Shown piece by piece: positions 53,568 to 64,000 of a stretch of DNA of 64,000 nt. Source of the stretch: Candidatus Aphodosoma sp. (GTDB lineage: Bacteria > Bacteroidota > Bacteroidia > Bacteroidales > Paludibacteraceae); contig JAZQUV010000046.1 in assembly GCA_045631465.1 (NCBI GenBank), forward strand, positions 2,675 to 66,674, in the 5' to 3' direction. Position 1 is the first letter of the stretch; the number at the start of each line of letters is the position of its first letter. Position numbers and translations under genes: made by a program. The notes beneath the pieces were generated by a model. It did not search any database and was not told the DNA's origin. It saw nothing but the letters and a program-made list of their open reading frames with translations.

Positions 53568-55472
53568 ATGAACGAAGAAAAATATTCGCTACTTAATAAA
53601 ATTGATAGTCCGGCTGACTTAAAGAATTTAGGTTCAGAAAGTTTGCCTCAGGTGTGCGATGAGTTGCGCCAATATATTATTGAACAGTTGGCAACGAACC
53701 CGGGACACTTGGGGTCGTCGCTCGGTGTGGTGGAGTTGACCGTTGCACTACATTATGTGTTCAACACGCCATACGACCGCATCGTGTGGGACGTAGGACA
53801 CCAAGCGTATGGACACAAAATATTGACAGGACGACGCGAGGCATTCAAAACAAATAGAATGTTCAAGGGATTGTGTGGTTTCCCGAATCCGAAAGAGAGC
53901 GAATATGACTCGTTCGGCACAGGACACTCGTCGACCTCGATATCGGCTGCATTAGGCATGTCGATTGCCGCAAAGTTGAAGGGTGAGAACAGAGAGGTGG
54001 TGGCTGTGATTGGCGATGGTTCGATGACAGGAGGATTGGCTTTCGAGGGATTGAATAATGCATCGACTAATCCGAACAACTTGCTTATCGTATTGAACGA
54101 CAACAATATGGCTATCGACCCTATTAAGGGTGGATTGAGCCACTATTTGACTTCGATACACTATTCGAAAACATACAACGACATAAGACATGGAGTGTAT
54201 AAAGGATTGAAAAAGGTGGGATTGATGTCGGAGGCGAATAGGAATAGATTGTTGCGATTGGGCAATTCGTTGAAGAGTCTGCAAGCGAACGCGACACAAA
54301 ACAATATTTTCGAAGGATTGAATATCAGATACTTTGGTCCGGTGGATGGGCACGATGTGTTGGAATTGACACATGTGTTGTCGCAACTGAAAAAATATAG
54401 TGGTCCGAAGGTGTTGCACATCATCACTAAGAAAGGCAAAGGATATAAACCTGCAGAAGAGGAGGTTACGACATGGCATGCACCTGGGGTGTTTGACGTC
54501 AAAACCGGTGAGCGCATAAAGAAACGCGCAGAGGGCGAACCTCCACTATTTCAAGAGGTGTTTGGACACACACTATTGGAATTGGCTCGCATGAACGAGA
54601 AAATAGTGGGGATTACGCCTGCGATGCCATCGGGATGCTCGATGAACATTATGATGAATGCAATGCCAGAGAGAACATTCGATGTGGGAATTGCTGAAGG
54701 TCATGCAGTTACATTCTCGGCTGGATTGGCAAAAGAGGGCATGATGCCGTTCTGCAACATATATTCGAGCTTTATGCAAAGGGCATACGACAACGTGATA
54801 CACGATGTGGCATTGCAAAACTTGAATGTGGTATTCTGCTTGGATAGAGCAGGTGTTGTGGGCAACGATGGGGCTACGCATCAAGGGCAATTCGACTTGA
54901 CAATGTTCCGCTGCATACCGAATATGACAATCGGAGTGCCACGTAACGAGCACGAATTGAGAAACTTGATGTACACAGCTCAACAGAAAGATATGGGTCC
55001 GTTCATGATACGATACCCTCGTGGCAAAGGCATTCTTGCTGATTGGAAAAACAAGATGAAAGAGGTGGAAATAGGCAAAGGAGAAGAGATGCGTAAGGGC
55101 AAAAAGATTGCGATTGTGGGCGTGGGACCTATACTCTACACTGCTCAGAAAGCCATCGAACAGATTGAGGCAGAAAACGAGAAATTGAAAGTGGGGCTTT
55201 ACGACTTAAGATTCTTGAAACCAATGGATAATGAATTGCTCCATGAGATAGGCAAACAATATGACTTGATATATACAATCGAAGATGGCACAATTATTGG
55301 TGGTGTAGGTTCGGCTGTTGAGGAATGGATGATGGACAATGGTTATCAGCCTAAGATTGTGAGACTTGGATTGCCTGATGAATTCGTTGAACATGGATCG
55401 CAAGCAGAATTGTTCAGAATGCTTGAATTGGATGCTGAAGGAATAGTGAAGAGAATGAGGAATGAGGAATGA
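53568..55472 (+). CDS. dxs: 1-deoxy-D-xylulose-5-phosphate synthase
   Basis: The start is moved to the ATG at 53568 ([19 protein letters not shown]) because the -7 box lies inside the longer [31 protein letters not shown] and GDGSMTGG (TPP) motifs. Confidence 0.95.
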   Translation: MNEEKYSLLNKIDSPADLKNLGSESLPQVCDELRQYIIEQLATNPGHLGSSLGVVELTVALHYVFNTPYDRIVWDVGHQAYGHKILTGRREAFKTNRMFKGLCGFPNPKESEYDSFGTGHSSTSISAALGMSIAAKLKGENREVVAVIGDGSMTGGLAFEGLNNASTNPNNLLIVLNDNNMAIDPIKGGLSHYLTSIHYSKTYNDIRHGVYKGLKKVGLMSEANRNRLLRLGNSLKSLQANATQNNIFEGLNIRYFGPVDGHDVLELTHVLSQLKKYSGPKVLHIITKKGKGYKPAEEEVTTWHAPGVFDVKTGERIKKRAEGEPPLFQEVFGHTLLELARMNEKIVGITPAMPSGCSMNIMMNAMPERTFDVGIAEGHAVTFSAGLAKEGMMPFCNIYSSFMQRAYDNVIHDVALQNLNVVFCLDRAGVVGNDGATHQGQFDLTMFRCIPNMTIGVPRNEHELRNLMYTAQQKDMGPFMIRYPRGKGILADWKNKMKEVEIGKGEEMRKGKKIAIVGVGPILYTAQKAIEQIEAENEKLKVGLYDLRFLKPMDNELLHEIGKQYDLIYTIEDGTIIGGVGSAVEEWMMDNGYQPKIVRLGLPDEFVEHGSQAELFRMLELDAEGIVKRMRNEE

Positions 55473-55477
55473 GGAAT
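55451..55477 (+). repeat. heptamer repeat (GAGGAAT-type) spanning the dxs stop codon
   Basis: GAGAATG AGGAATG AGGAATG AGGAAT. It encodes the last residues RMRNEE and the TGA stop. Confidence 0.8.
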
Positions 55478-55563
55478 TAAAACTTAAAAATTTTTATCGA
55501 ACAAAAGAATGTGCGAAGCGGATAGGTCTTATATCTCGTTACTCGCTACTATAAATCTAAAAT

Positions 55564-56895
55564 ATGAAAATTATTATTGTTGGAGCTGGTGAAGTGGGCC
55601 GTTATGTGGCCAAAATGCTATCGAACGAAAGCCATGATATCACGATAATGGATGAATCGGAAGAGCAACTACAGGACCTTGCCTCGAACTATGATGTTAT
55701 GTCGCGCGTTGGGTCGCCAACCTCGATAAACGACCTGCAAATGTGTGGGGTGAGAAATTGTGATTTGTTCATTGCAGTAACTCCATCGGAGAGCGTGAAC
55801 TCGTCGGCTTGCATGATTGCCCACAACCTTGGCGCGCGAAAAACTGTTGCCAGAATAGACAACTACGAATACCTACAAATAAAGAACAAAGAGTTATTCA
55901 AAAGAATGGGTATCAACAAGTTGATATACCCAGAGGTGCTTGCTGCTACGGAGATTGTGCAATCGTTGCAAAGAAGTTGGATACGCGAATATCGCACATT
56001 CAGCAACGAGGCATTAGTGCTTGTGTGTGTGAAGGTTAGAGAAAACTCGGAGATTATCAACAAGGTGTTCAATACTGGGTATTTCAACCACAGCATGTTC
56101 AGAATTGTAGCAGTAAAACGCCACACAACAACTATTATACCTAGTGGTAATGACCAAATATTGGCAAACGACTTGGTATATTTTATCTGCACAAAAGAGA
56201 ATTTGGAATATGTGAGAAATGCAGCAGGTAAGACAAATTTTGACATCAAGAATATAATCATTATGGGCGGATCGAAAATTGCACTAAAAACTGTGCAATA
56301 CCTACCAAATGACATCAATGTGAAAATAATAGAGAGCGATAGAGATAAATGCTATAAGCTTGCAGATAAAACAGATACGCTCATCATTCATGGCGATGGT
56401 AGAAATATAGATTTGTTGAAAGATGAGGGAATTGAAGATGCCGACGCTTTTATCGCATTAACCGATAATTCGGAAACAAATGTGTTGGCTTGTCTTGCCG
56501 CCAAACGATTTGGTATTAGAAAAACTATTGCCGAAGTAGAAAACATTGACTACATCGACTTGGCTGATAATCTTGATATAGGCACACTTATTAACAAAAA
56601 ATTGATTGCTGCTTCATACATATATCAAGAGACATTGGACGAGGATGCATACGATGTACAATGCTTGACATACTCGGATGCCGAGGTAGTGGAATTTGTA
56701 GTGAAAGCTGGCGATAGAATTACTCGCGATAGGGTTAGAAACTTAAATTTGCCTGAAGATGTGAATATTGGAGGCGTTGTGCGCAATGGCAAAGGATATA
56801 TTGTGAACGGAAATACAGTGATATTGCCAGGAGACCATGTTGTGATATTCTGCAAGGCTACAGGCGTGCAAAAATTGGCAAAATTCTTCAACTAA
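55564..56895 (+). CDS. trkA: Trk potassium uptake protein TrkA
   Basis: 443-aa ORF with two Rossmann-like RCK-N halves (IIVGAGEVG, IMGGSKIAL). Confidence 0.92.
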   Translation: MKIIIVGAGEVGRYVAKMLSNESHDITIMDESEEQLQDLASNYDVMSRVGSPTSINDLQMCGVRNCDLFIAVTPSESVNSSACMIAHNLGARKTVARIDNYEYLQIKNKELFKRMGINKLIYPEVLAATEIVQSLQRSWIREYRTFSNEALVLVCVKVRENSEIINKVFNTGYFNHSMFRIVAVKRHTTTIIPSGNDQILANDLVYFICTKENLEYVRNAAGKTNFDIKNIIIMGGSKIALKTVQYLPNDINVKIIESDRDKCYKLADKTDTLIIHGDGRNIDLLKDEGIEDADAFIALTDNSETNVLACLAAKRFGIRKTIAEVENIDYIDLADNLDIGTLINKKLIAASYIYQETLDEDAYDVQCLTYSDAEVVEFVVKAGDRITRDRVRNLNLPEDVNIGGVVRNGKGYIVNGNTVILPGDHVVIFCKATGVQKLAKFFN

Positions 56896-56918
56896 TAAAG
56901 ATTTAATAACTTCGAGAA

Positions 56919-58388
56919 ATGACAAAAGCTTTTAATTGGGGACAAGTTTTTAGAATATTGGGGGTGCTTCTGCTAACAGAGGCATTTCTGATGTCGTTGT
57001 CGGCAATTGTGGCGTATATATATGGCGAAAATGACTTAAAAGCAATTGTTGAATCGTCGGTAATTACTGCTGTTTCGGGTATTGCAGGCATGCTGATAGG
57101 AGGAAAAACAACCAAACATTTCGGAACTCGCGAGGGGTATCTTGTTGTGGGATTGGTTTGGATTGTTTTTTCGCTATTTGGGATGTTGCCTTTCAAGTTA
57201 AGTCACTACATACCAAGCATAACAGATGCTTTTTTTGAGACCATGTCGGGATTTACGACAACAGGGGCTACGATATTGACAGATATAGAGGTTCTGCCCC
57301 ATGGTTTGTTGTTTTGGCGAAGTATGATGCAATGGATGGGCGGCATGGGAATCGTGGTGCTTTCGCTAGCAATATTGCCAATGTTCGGCGCTGGGATGCA
57401 GCTATTTGCAGCCGAAGTGCCTGGCATCACATACGACAAACTGCAACCTCGCATAACAGATACGGCTCGCAGATTGTGGGAGTTATATTCTATATTAACA
57501 GCGATTTGTGCAATATTGCTCTATCTGGGAGGGATGGATGCTTTCGATGCTATTTGCCATTCACTAACAACATTAGCATCAGGTGGTTATTCAACCAAAA
57601 ATGCTTCTATTGCATATTGGTCGTCGCCTATTATTCACTATATAATCATAATTTTTATGATTATTTCGGGAACAAACTTCTCTTTACTATATGGGGCTAT
57701 AGTGCGCCGACAAGGCAAAAAATTGATTCGTGATGAAGAATTTCGAACCTATGTGATAAGCTTAATCATAGTTGCTCTTGCTATATTCGTTGGATTAATG
57801 GCTACACGCAATATCGAGAATTGGGGTGATGCTGAGAAGAGTTTCAGAGATGCCACGTTCCAAACTATTGCAACTATCACTACTACAGGATTTTCGTCAT
57901 CGGACTATATGACTTGGCATCCAATTTTATGGTTTATTATTTTGCTTCTTATTCCTCTTGGAGCTTCGGCAGGGTCCACCTCTGGTGGGGTAAAAATCAT
58001 CCGCATACACATCATATTGAAAAATATATACTATGAATTCAAACGCGTGATGCACCCAAAAGCTATCAGACCTGTGAGGGTGAACAAACGAATTATATCA
58101 GAAAATACACTATCAAATATATATGTATTTATATCTATTTTCATTATTACTTTGATTGTGTCAACAATAATTTTAATGGCTACAGGCTTATCAACAAGCG
58201 AAGCTTTTGGTTGTTCGATTGCTTCAATTGCAAATGTAGGTCCTGCTATTGGAGACTTTGGTCCTACTGGCACATACGCTGCCCTACCCGATTTGGCTAA
58301 ATGGTATCTTTCGATATTGATGCTAATAGGTCGTTTGGAGTTATTTACAATATTGATACTATTCTTACCTGCCTTTTGGAAGAAATAA
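56919..58388 (+). CDS. trkH: TrkH family potassium transporter
   Basis: 489-aa polytopic ORF with selectivity-filter-like MSGFTTTGAT, LASGGYS, ITTTGFS and SAGSTSGGVK. Confidence 0.9.
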   Translation: MTKAFNWGQVFRILGVLLLTEAFLMSLSAIVAYIYGENDLKAIVESSVITAVSGIAGMLIGGKTTKHFGTREGYLVVGLVWIVFSLFGMLPFKLSHYIPSITDAFFETMSGFTTTGATILTDIEVLPHGLLFWRSMMQWMGGMGIVVLSLAILPMFGAGMQLFAAEVPGITYDKLQPRITDTARRLWELYSILTAICAILLYLGGMDAFDAICHSLTTLASGGYSTKNASIAYWSSPIIHYIIIIFMIISGTNFSLLYGAIVRRQGKKLIRDEEFRTYVISLIIVALAIFVGLMATRNIENWGDAEKSFRDATFQTIATITTTGFSSSDYMTWHPILWFIILLLIPLGASAGSTSGGVKIIRIHIILKNIYYEFKRVMHPKAIRPVRVNKRIISENTLSNIYVFISIFIITLIVSTIILMATGLSTSEAFGCSIASIANVGPAIGDFGPTGTYAALPDLAKWYLSILMLIGRLELFTILILFLPAFWKK

Positions 58389-58392
58389 AAAA

Positions 58393-58424
58393 AACGGCAA
58401 ACTCTTGCGAGTTGCCGTTTTTTC
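58393..58424. terminator. bidirectional intrinsic terminator between trkH and rubrerythrin
   Basis: A-run, then AACGGCAAACTC-TTGC-GAGTTGCCGTT, then TTTTT. Confidence 0.7.
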
Positions 58425-58438
58425 ATATAACTAAATAA

Positions 58439-59017
58439 TTAATAGTTAGTTTTCTTTACTTCGAAGTGAGCTTGTGGATGAGCGCATGCTGGGCATTCAA
58501 CTGGAGCTTCTTTGCCTTCCATGATGTAGCCACAGTTGCGACATTGCCATGTAACTGATTCGTCTTTAATGAATACTTTGCCTTCTTCGATGTTGCGAAC
58601 AAATGCTTGATAGCGTTCTTCGTGACCGCGCTCTGCTACAGCGATATTGCGATACATACGAGCGATTTCTGGGAAACCTTCTTCATCTGCGATATCAGCA
58701 AATTTTGGATAGTCGAGTGACCACTCTTCGTGCTCACCTGCAGCAGCAGCTTTGAGGTTGTCGAGAGTTTTACCGATTACGCCAGCAGGGAATGATGCTG
58801 TGATTTCGCACATACCACCTTCGAGATGTTTGAACATACGTTTTGCGTGTTCTTTTTCTTGGTCGGCAGTTTCAGTGAAGATAGCTGCGATTTGTTCGTA
58901 ACCCTCTTTTTTTGCTACAGAAGCGAAATAAGTGTAACGCATACGTGCTTGACTTTCGCCTGCGAAAGAGCACATGAGATTTTTTTCGGTACGTGTACCT
59001 TTAATTGATTTTGACAT
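58439..59017 (-). CDS. rbr: rubrerythrin
   Basis: 192-aa ORF with di-iron ExxH motifs (EKEHAKRM, ERGHEERY) and a C-terminal rubredoxin-like CRNCG...CPAC. Confidence 0.93.
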   Translation of the reverse strand: MSKSIKGTRTEKNLMCSFAGESQARMRYTYFASVAKKEGYEQIAAIFTETADQEKEHAKRMFKHLEGGMCEITASFPAGVIGKTLDNLKAAAAGEHEEWSLDYPKFADIADEEGFPEIARMYRNIAVAERGHEERYQAFVRNIEEGKVFIKDESVTWQCRNCGYIMEGKEAPVECPACAHPQAHFEVKKTNY

Positions 59018-59073
59018 AATTGTATGATTTAATAGTTAGTAATTATTTTATTTTTTTTCGAATATTAATAATG

Positions 59074-59081
59074 CAAAGATA
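59074..59081 (-). promoter_or_regulatory. candidate -7 box (TATCTTTG)
   Basis: TAnnTTTG on the - strand 57 nt upstream of the rubrerythrin start. Confidence 0.45.
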
Positions 59082-59172
59082 ATACAAAATATTCAAATTT
59101 AGAAGAGTTTTTTATTTTTTTTATAGAAATTATTTTTTTGTATTTTTTCACCATATATTATACTTTTTTTAT

Positions 59173-59180
59173 TATCTTTG
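59173..59180 (+). promoter_or_regulatory. candidate -7 box (TATCTTTG)
   Basis: TAnnTTTG 91 nt upstream of the leuS ATG. Confidence 0.45.
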
Positions 59181-59270
59181 TAGGTTAAATAATTATGCCC
59201 CTTTGATTAGTTGCAATGATTTGACAATCAAAGGTTTTAATGTTGTATAATACAAACACTAGATATAAAT

Positions 59271-62096
59271 ATGGAATACAAATTTCAGGAAATTGAGAAA
59301 AAATGGCAACAATATTGGATTGAGCATGCCACTTATAAGGTAGAGATTGACGAATCTCGCCCTAAATTCTATGTGCTTGATATGTTCCCATACCCATCGG
59401 GAGCGGGATTGCACGTGGGTCACCCTCTTGGTTATATTGCTTCGGACATTTATAGCCGTTACAAAAGATTGAAGGGCTTCAATGTGTTGCACCCAATGGG
59501 TTATGATGCATATGGTTTGCCTGCAGAGCAATATGCTATTCAAACAGGTCAACACCCTGCTATTACTACAGAAAAAAATATCGCTCGCTATCGTGAGCAA
59601 TTGGATAAAATAGGTTTCTGCTACGACTGGAGTCGTGAAGTGCGCACTTGTGAGCCTGGTTACTACAAATGGACTCAATGGGCTTTTGTACAAATGTTTA
59701 ACCACTGGTATTGCAATCGTGCGAATGCTGCGAAACCAATTTCGATGCTTGTTGACATATTCAAAGAGCAAGGTAATGCTAAAGTGAAGGCAGCATGTAG
59801 CGAAACTGCGGTGTTCACTGCAGATGAGTGGAACTCGTGGGATGAAAAACGCCAACAAGAGGTGTTGATGAACTATCGTATTGCTTATTTGGCAGACTTG
59901 AAAGTGAACTGGTGTCCTGCATTGGGAACAGTGTTAGCAAATGATGAGGTGAGTGAAGGTTTGTCGGTGCGCGGTGGTCACCCAGTGGAACAACGCGTTA
60001 TGCGTCAATGGAGCCTCCGTGTGAGCGCATACGCACAACGTTTGTTGGATGGATTGGACCAAGTGGATTGGACAGACTCTTTGAAAGAGACACAAAAGAA
60101 CTGGATTGGTCGTTCGGAAGGTGCAGAAATGCGATTCAAAGTGGCTGATTCGGATATCGAACTTGAAATATTTACTACTCGCGCGGATACTGTGTTCGGT
60201 GTAACATTTATGGTGCTTGCTCCTGAGAGCGAATATGTTGCACAATTGACAACAGATGAACAACGCGCTGAAGTAGAGGCATATCTCGACCAAGTGAAAC
60301 GTAGAACAGAGCGTGAGCGTATTGCTGACCGCCGTGTGACTGGTGTGTTCTCAGGCTCGTATGCAGTGAATCCATTGACAGGGGATAAAATTCCAGTATG
60401 GATTTCGGACTATGTATTAGCAGGTTATGGTACTGGTGCTATTATGGCTGTGCCTGCACACGATAGTCGCGACTATGCGTTTGCTCGCCACTTCAACTTG
60501 CCTATTATTCCACTTATCGAGGGCGCAGATGTAAGCGAAGAGAGCTACGATGCAAAAGAGGGCGTAGTTTGCAACTCGGGATTCTTGAATGGTTTGCAAG
60601 TGAAAGAGGCTATCGCTAAGATGAAAGAGTATATCTCGGAACAAGGTCTTGGTCAAGTGAAGGTTAACTACCGTTTGCGCGATGCTATCTTCAGCCGTCA
60701 ACGCTATTGGGGCGAGCCATTCCCTGTATATTATAAAGATGGTATGCCTTATATGTTGGATGAGAGCAAATTGCCACTTCAATTGCCAGAAATTGATAAA
60801 TATCTTCCTACAGAAACAGGCGAACCACCACTTGGTCGTGCTGCAAAATGGGAAACAGAAGAGGGTTATAAATTGGAATTGAACACAATGCCAGGTTTTG
60901 CTGGTTCGTCGGCTTACTATCTCCGCTACATGGACCCACACAATACAGAGGCATTGGTTGGCAAATTGGCTAATAACTATTGGGGCAATGTTGACCTCTA
61001 TATTGGTGGTACAGAGCATGCTACAGGTCACTTGATTTATAGCCGTTTCTGGAATAAATTCTTGTTTGACTTGGGCGTTGTATGCAAAGAAGAGCCATTC
61101 CAAAAGTTGATTAACCAAGGTATGATTCAAGGTCGCTCGAACTTTGTATATCGCTATATTGGCGAAGATGCAACTGGTAATCTTTACGTTAGCTATAATT
61201 TGATTGACTCGCCTGAATATAAAGATAAAGTGCAACCTATCCATGTGGATGTGAATATTGTGAAAAACGATATTTTGGACATTGAAGCATTCCGCAATTG
61301 GATGCCTGAATATAAAAATGCTCAATTTATCTATTCTGATGGTTCGAACGACATTGACAATCCATATTTGGGTCAAGCTACAGATAAACAATATATCTGC
61401 GGTTGGGCAGTAGAAAAGATGTCAAAATCTATGTTCAACGTAGTGAACCCAGATACTATTGTAGAACGTTATGGTGCTGACACATTGCGACTTTATGAAA
61501 TGTTCCTCGGCCCACTTGAACAATCAAAACCTTGGGATACAAATGGTATTGATGGTGTACACCGTTTCTTGAAAAAATTCTGGGGATTATATACCGAAGG
61601 TGAAGAGTTCTGCACTACTGACGATGCACCAACGGCAGAAGAGTTGAAAACATTGCACAAAACAATCAAAAAAATCACTTACGATATCGAAAACTTCTCG
61701 TTCAACACATCAGTATCGGCATTTATGATTTGTGTGAACGAATTGACTTCAGCTAAATGTCGTAAACGCGCAATACTTGAACCATTGGCAATATTGATTG
61801 CACCATATGCTCCACACATTGCAGAAGAGGTTTGGGCAGCAATGGGCCATGAGACATCAATTTGCGATGCAGAATTCCCTGTTTGCAACGAGGCTTATTT
61901 GGTAGAAAGCAATACAAAATACCCTATTTCGTTCAACGGCAAAGTGCGTTTCACAATGGAATTGCCAGCCGACATGAGCAAAGAGGATGTGGAAAAAACA
62001 GTATTGTCAAACGAACAAACTGCGAAATATCTTGATGGTAAAGCTCCTAAAAAGGTGATTGTTGTGCCAGGTAAAATTGTTAATATTGTAATGTAA
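59271..62096 (+). CDS. leuS: leucine--tRNA ligase
   Basis: 941-aa ORF with class I HIGH-type motif ([13 protein letters not shown]) and KMSKS. Confidence 0.97.
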   Translation: MEYKFQEIEKKWQQYWIEHATYKVEIDESRPKFYVLDMFPYPSGAGLHVGHPLGYIASDIYSRYKRLKGFNVLHPMGYDAYGLPAEQYAIQTGQHPAITTEKNIARYREQLDKIGFCYDWSREVRTCEPGYYKWTQWAFVQMFNHWYCNRANAAKPISMLVDIFKEQGNAKVKAACSETAVFTADEWNSWDEKRQQEVLMNYRIAYLADLKVNWCPALGTVLANDEVSEGLSVRGGHPVEQRVMRQWSLRVSAYAQRLLDGLDQVDWTDSLKETQKNWIGRSEGAEMRFKVADSDIELEIFTTRADTVFGVTFMVLAPESEYVAQLTTDEQRAEVEAYLDQVKRRTERERIADRRVTGVFSGSYAVNPLTGDKIPVWISDYVLAGYGTGAIMAVPAHDSRDYAFARHFNLPIIPLIEGADVSEESYDAKEGVVCNSGFLNGLQVKEAIAKMKEYISEQGLGQVKVNYRLRDAIFSRQRYWGEPFPVYYKDGMPYMLDESKLPLQLPEIDKYLPTETGEPPLGRAAKWETEEGYKLELNTMPGFAGSSAYYLRYMDPHNTEALVGKLANNYWGNVDLYIGGTEHATGHLIYSRFWNKFLFDLGVVCKEEPFQKLINQGMIQGRSNFVYRYIGEDATGNLYVSYNLIDSPEYKDKVQPIHVDVNIVKNDILDIEAFRNWMPEYKNAQFIYSDGSNDIDNPYLGQATDKQYICGWAVEKMSKSMFNVVNPDTIVERYGADTLRLYEMFLGPLEQSKPWDTNGIDGVHRFLKKFWGLYTEGEEFCTTDDAPTAEELKTLHKTIKKITYDIENFSFNTSVSAFMICVNELTSAKCRKRAILEPLAILIAPYAPHIAEEVWAAMGHETSICDAEFPVCNEAYLVESNTKYPISFNGKVRFTMELPADMSKEDVEKTVLSNEQTAKYLDGKAPKKVIVVPGKIVNIVM

Positions 62097-62105
62097 TAAT
62101 AACTG

Positions 62106-62210
62106 GTAGCGAGTCATGAGTAACGAGAATTAGTTACTCTCTACTCGTTATCAATAATCAAAAAAACGAAGCGACGCCGAGTACAAATATCTTGCTACTC
62201 GCTACTCGCA
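62106..62210. repeat. nested hairpins built from CTACTCG-type heptamer words
   Basis: GTAGCGAGT (62106-14) pairs with ACTCGCTAC (62197-205). Inner hairpin is GAGTAAC (62118-24) / GTTACTC (62133-39). CTCGTTACTCGCTACT recurs at 55535-55550. Confidence 0.7.
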
Positions 62211-62225
62211 CTAATAGTCTATAAG

Positions 62226-63176
62226 ATGAAAAATAATGTAGTTTTCAAAACTATTTGGGAGCACCTTGCAATTGCATTTGGATTGCTCTGTTATGCTTGG
62301 GGTTGGCAATTTTTTCTTAACCCTCACGAAGTAGTAGGCGGTGCAGTGACAGGTCTTGCTACTGTAATTATGTATGGCACACGCGGCCTTTTGCCTGAGT
62401 CTATTCAAGGATTCTTTGACATGCTCGGCATGGCATCGCAAGGTGGTGGTATTCCTGTATCATTCACTTTCTTCCTCATCAACGGAATCTTGCTTATAAT
62501 GTCAATCCGCATCTTCGGATGGCAATTCAGTCTCCGTTCGATTTTCGGCGTAATCATGCTTACTATCTGGTTGTGGATTCCATTCCCAGAACTCTACATC
62601 AAAGCATTTGGCACTGCATTCCCTAAATTCGACATCTTCCCATCTGTTATCATGGCGGGTATTTTAACTGGATTTGGTCTTGCACTTACATTTGTGAATA
62701 ATGGTTCGTCTGGAGGTACTGATATTGTAGCAAAAATCATCAATAAATATAAAGATGTATCGCTTGGTCGTGCATTGATGCTCAGCGATGTGGCTATTAT
62801 CTTCTCGGCTATTTTACTTCCAGAATCAACTCTCGAAAAAGTAATTTATGGTCTCATCGTGATGGTTATCTCTACTCAAACAGTTGATATGTACATCAAT
62901 AGCTTGCGCCAATCAGTTCAATTCTTCATTTTCTCGAAAAAATACGAAGAGATTGGTCAGGCTATCAATACAGAACTCAATCGTGGAGTAACATTGCTTG
63001 ATGCTAAAGGTTTTTATACAAAAGAGCAAATACAAGTTATGACTGTAATTGCACGAAAAAACCAATCACCTGATTTATTCAATATTATCAAACGCATCGA
63101 CCCAGAAGCGTTCATCTCTCAAACACAAACTATCGGTGTATACGGCCGAGGTTTTGAAGTAATCGGAACAAAATAA
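62226..63176 (+). CDS. YitT family membrane protein (DUF2179 C-terminal domain)
   Basis: 316-aa ORF. GGAVTGLA, NNGSSGGTDIVAKII and a C-terminal RGVTLLDAKGFY...QVMTVI pattern typical of YitT/DUF2179. Confidence 0.85.
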   Translation: MKNNVVFKTIWEHLAIAFGLLCYAWGWQFFLNPHEVVGGAVTGLATVIMYGTRGLLPESIQGFFDMLGMASQGGGIPVSFTFFLINGILLIMSIRIFGWQFSLRSIFGVIMLTIWLWIPFPELYIKAFGTAFPKFDIFPSVIMAGILTGFGLALTFVNNGSSGGTDIVAKIINKYKDVSLGRALMLSDVAIIFSAILLPESTLEKVIYGLIVMVISTQTVDMYINSLRQSVQFFIFSKKYEEIGQAINTELNRGVTLLDAKGFYTKEQIQVMTVIARKNQSPDLFNIIKRIDPEAFISQTQTIGVYGRGFEVIGTK

Positions 63177-63194
63177 CAATAAAATCTATTAAAT

Positions 63195-64000
63195 ATGACA
63201 AAAAATCAAAAACTAGCAACCGTAGTGCGTGAGCATGTGGTTATTGCATTCGGTTTATTGCTCTATGCTTTGGCATGGAACTTCTTCTTGTTTCCTCACC
63301 AAGTAGCAGGTGGTGGTGCAACTGGTATTGCAGCACTCGTCATGTATGCAACACAAGGCTTGTTGCCTGAAGGTGTACAAGATTTCTTTGGAAATCTCGG
63401 TATGGCATCTATTGGCGGAGGTATCCCTGTGTCTGTAACTTTCTTCATTATGAATGGTGCATTATTGCTTTTATCTGTAAAAGAATTAGGACTTTCTTTT
63501 AGTCTTCGCTCTATTTATGGTGTATTTGCACTTACTGCATGGTTGTGGATTCCTTACCGCGATATCTACGAAAAATTTGCAGGTCACCCTTTCCCTGAAT
63601 TTGATCCTTTCATGTCATCTATCTTGGCAGGTTTGATTGCAGGTTTCGGTCTTGCACTTACATTCGTTAACAATGGTTCATCAGGTGGTACTGATATCAT
63701 TGCAAAAGTAATCAACAAATACCGCACTATTTCTCTCGGTCGTGCTTTATTACTTTGCGACGTAATCATTATCTGTTCTACAGGTTTCTTACCAGATGGT
63801 AGCATCAAAAATATCGTATATGGTCTTATTGTAATGGTTGTTATGACTACTACTATAGATATGTATATCAATGGTGTTCGTCAATCAGTTCAATTCTTCA
63901 TATTCTCTAAAAAATATGCCGAAATTGCCGATGCTATCACATATCAAGCTCATCGCGGAGTAACAGTGATGGATGGACAAGGTTGGTACTCAAAAGAACC
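63195..64000 (+). CDS. second YitT family paralog, 3'-truncated by the window end
   Basis: Not in the ORF track because it is open at the window end. My translation from the ATG at 63195 gives MTKNQKLATVVREHVVIAFGLLLYALAWNFFLFPHQVAGGGATGIAAL...NNGSSGGTDIIAKVINKY..., colinear with the upstream paralog. Confidence 0.8.
   Translation, partial: MTKNQKLATVVREHVVIAFGLLLYALAWNFFLFPHQVAGGGATGIAALVMYATQGLLPEGVQDFFGNLGMASIGGGIPVSVTFFIMNGALLLLSVKELGLSFSLRSIYGVFALTAWLWIPYRDIYEKFAGHPFPEFDPFMSSILAGLIAGFGLALTFVNNGSSGGTDIIAKVINKYRTISLGRALLLCDVIIICSTGFLPDGSIKNIVYGLIVMVVMTTTIDMYINGVRQSVQFFIFSKKYAEIADAITYQAHRGVTVMDGQGWYSKE

Overview
Chromosomal segment that looks like a T9SS-bearing Bacteroidales genome, possibly Prevotella-like. 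This is inferred from TAnnTTTG -7 promoter boxes, no obvious Shine-Dalgarno sites, T9SS-type C-terminal sorting domains and gene content. 43 protein-coding genes are supported. Most are housekeeping: deoD, a U32 peptidase, a ugd-rfbBCA-flippase cluster, a NamZ-like DUF1343 protein, a Dld-II/YdiJ-like FAD/Fe-S dehydrogenase, fetAB, glyQS, tilS, pth, rplY, hemW, ridA, crp plus a TPR protein, padR-pspC, a tri-haem cytochrome c peroxidase, pepD, folB, galE, asnC, clpB, dxs, trkAH, rubrerythrin, leuS and tandem yitT paralogs. I saw no rRNA, tRNA, CRISPR, transposase or integrase. The unusual content is as follows. (1) Two giant secreted proteins (1858 and 2084 aa) are each followed at the 3' end by a copy of the same ~240-bp multi-helix element. 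The two copies differ by two compensatory base-pair changes, which makes the element a candidate structured RNA that I cannot assign to a named family. (2) 11-bp tandem arrays sit at the same distance and orientation upstream of padR-pspC and of a clpB gene that lacks its N-terminal domain. (3) Families of heptamer-periodic repeats build hairpins, and in two places they run into coding sequence. (4) A composite hairpin-spacer-hairpin element is dispersed through the window. (5) Strand composition changes polarity inside the window. All calls come from reading the sequence by eye. No searches or folding programs were run.
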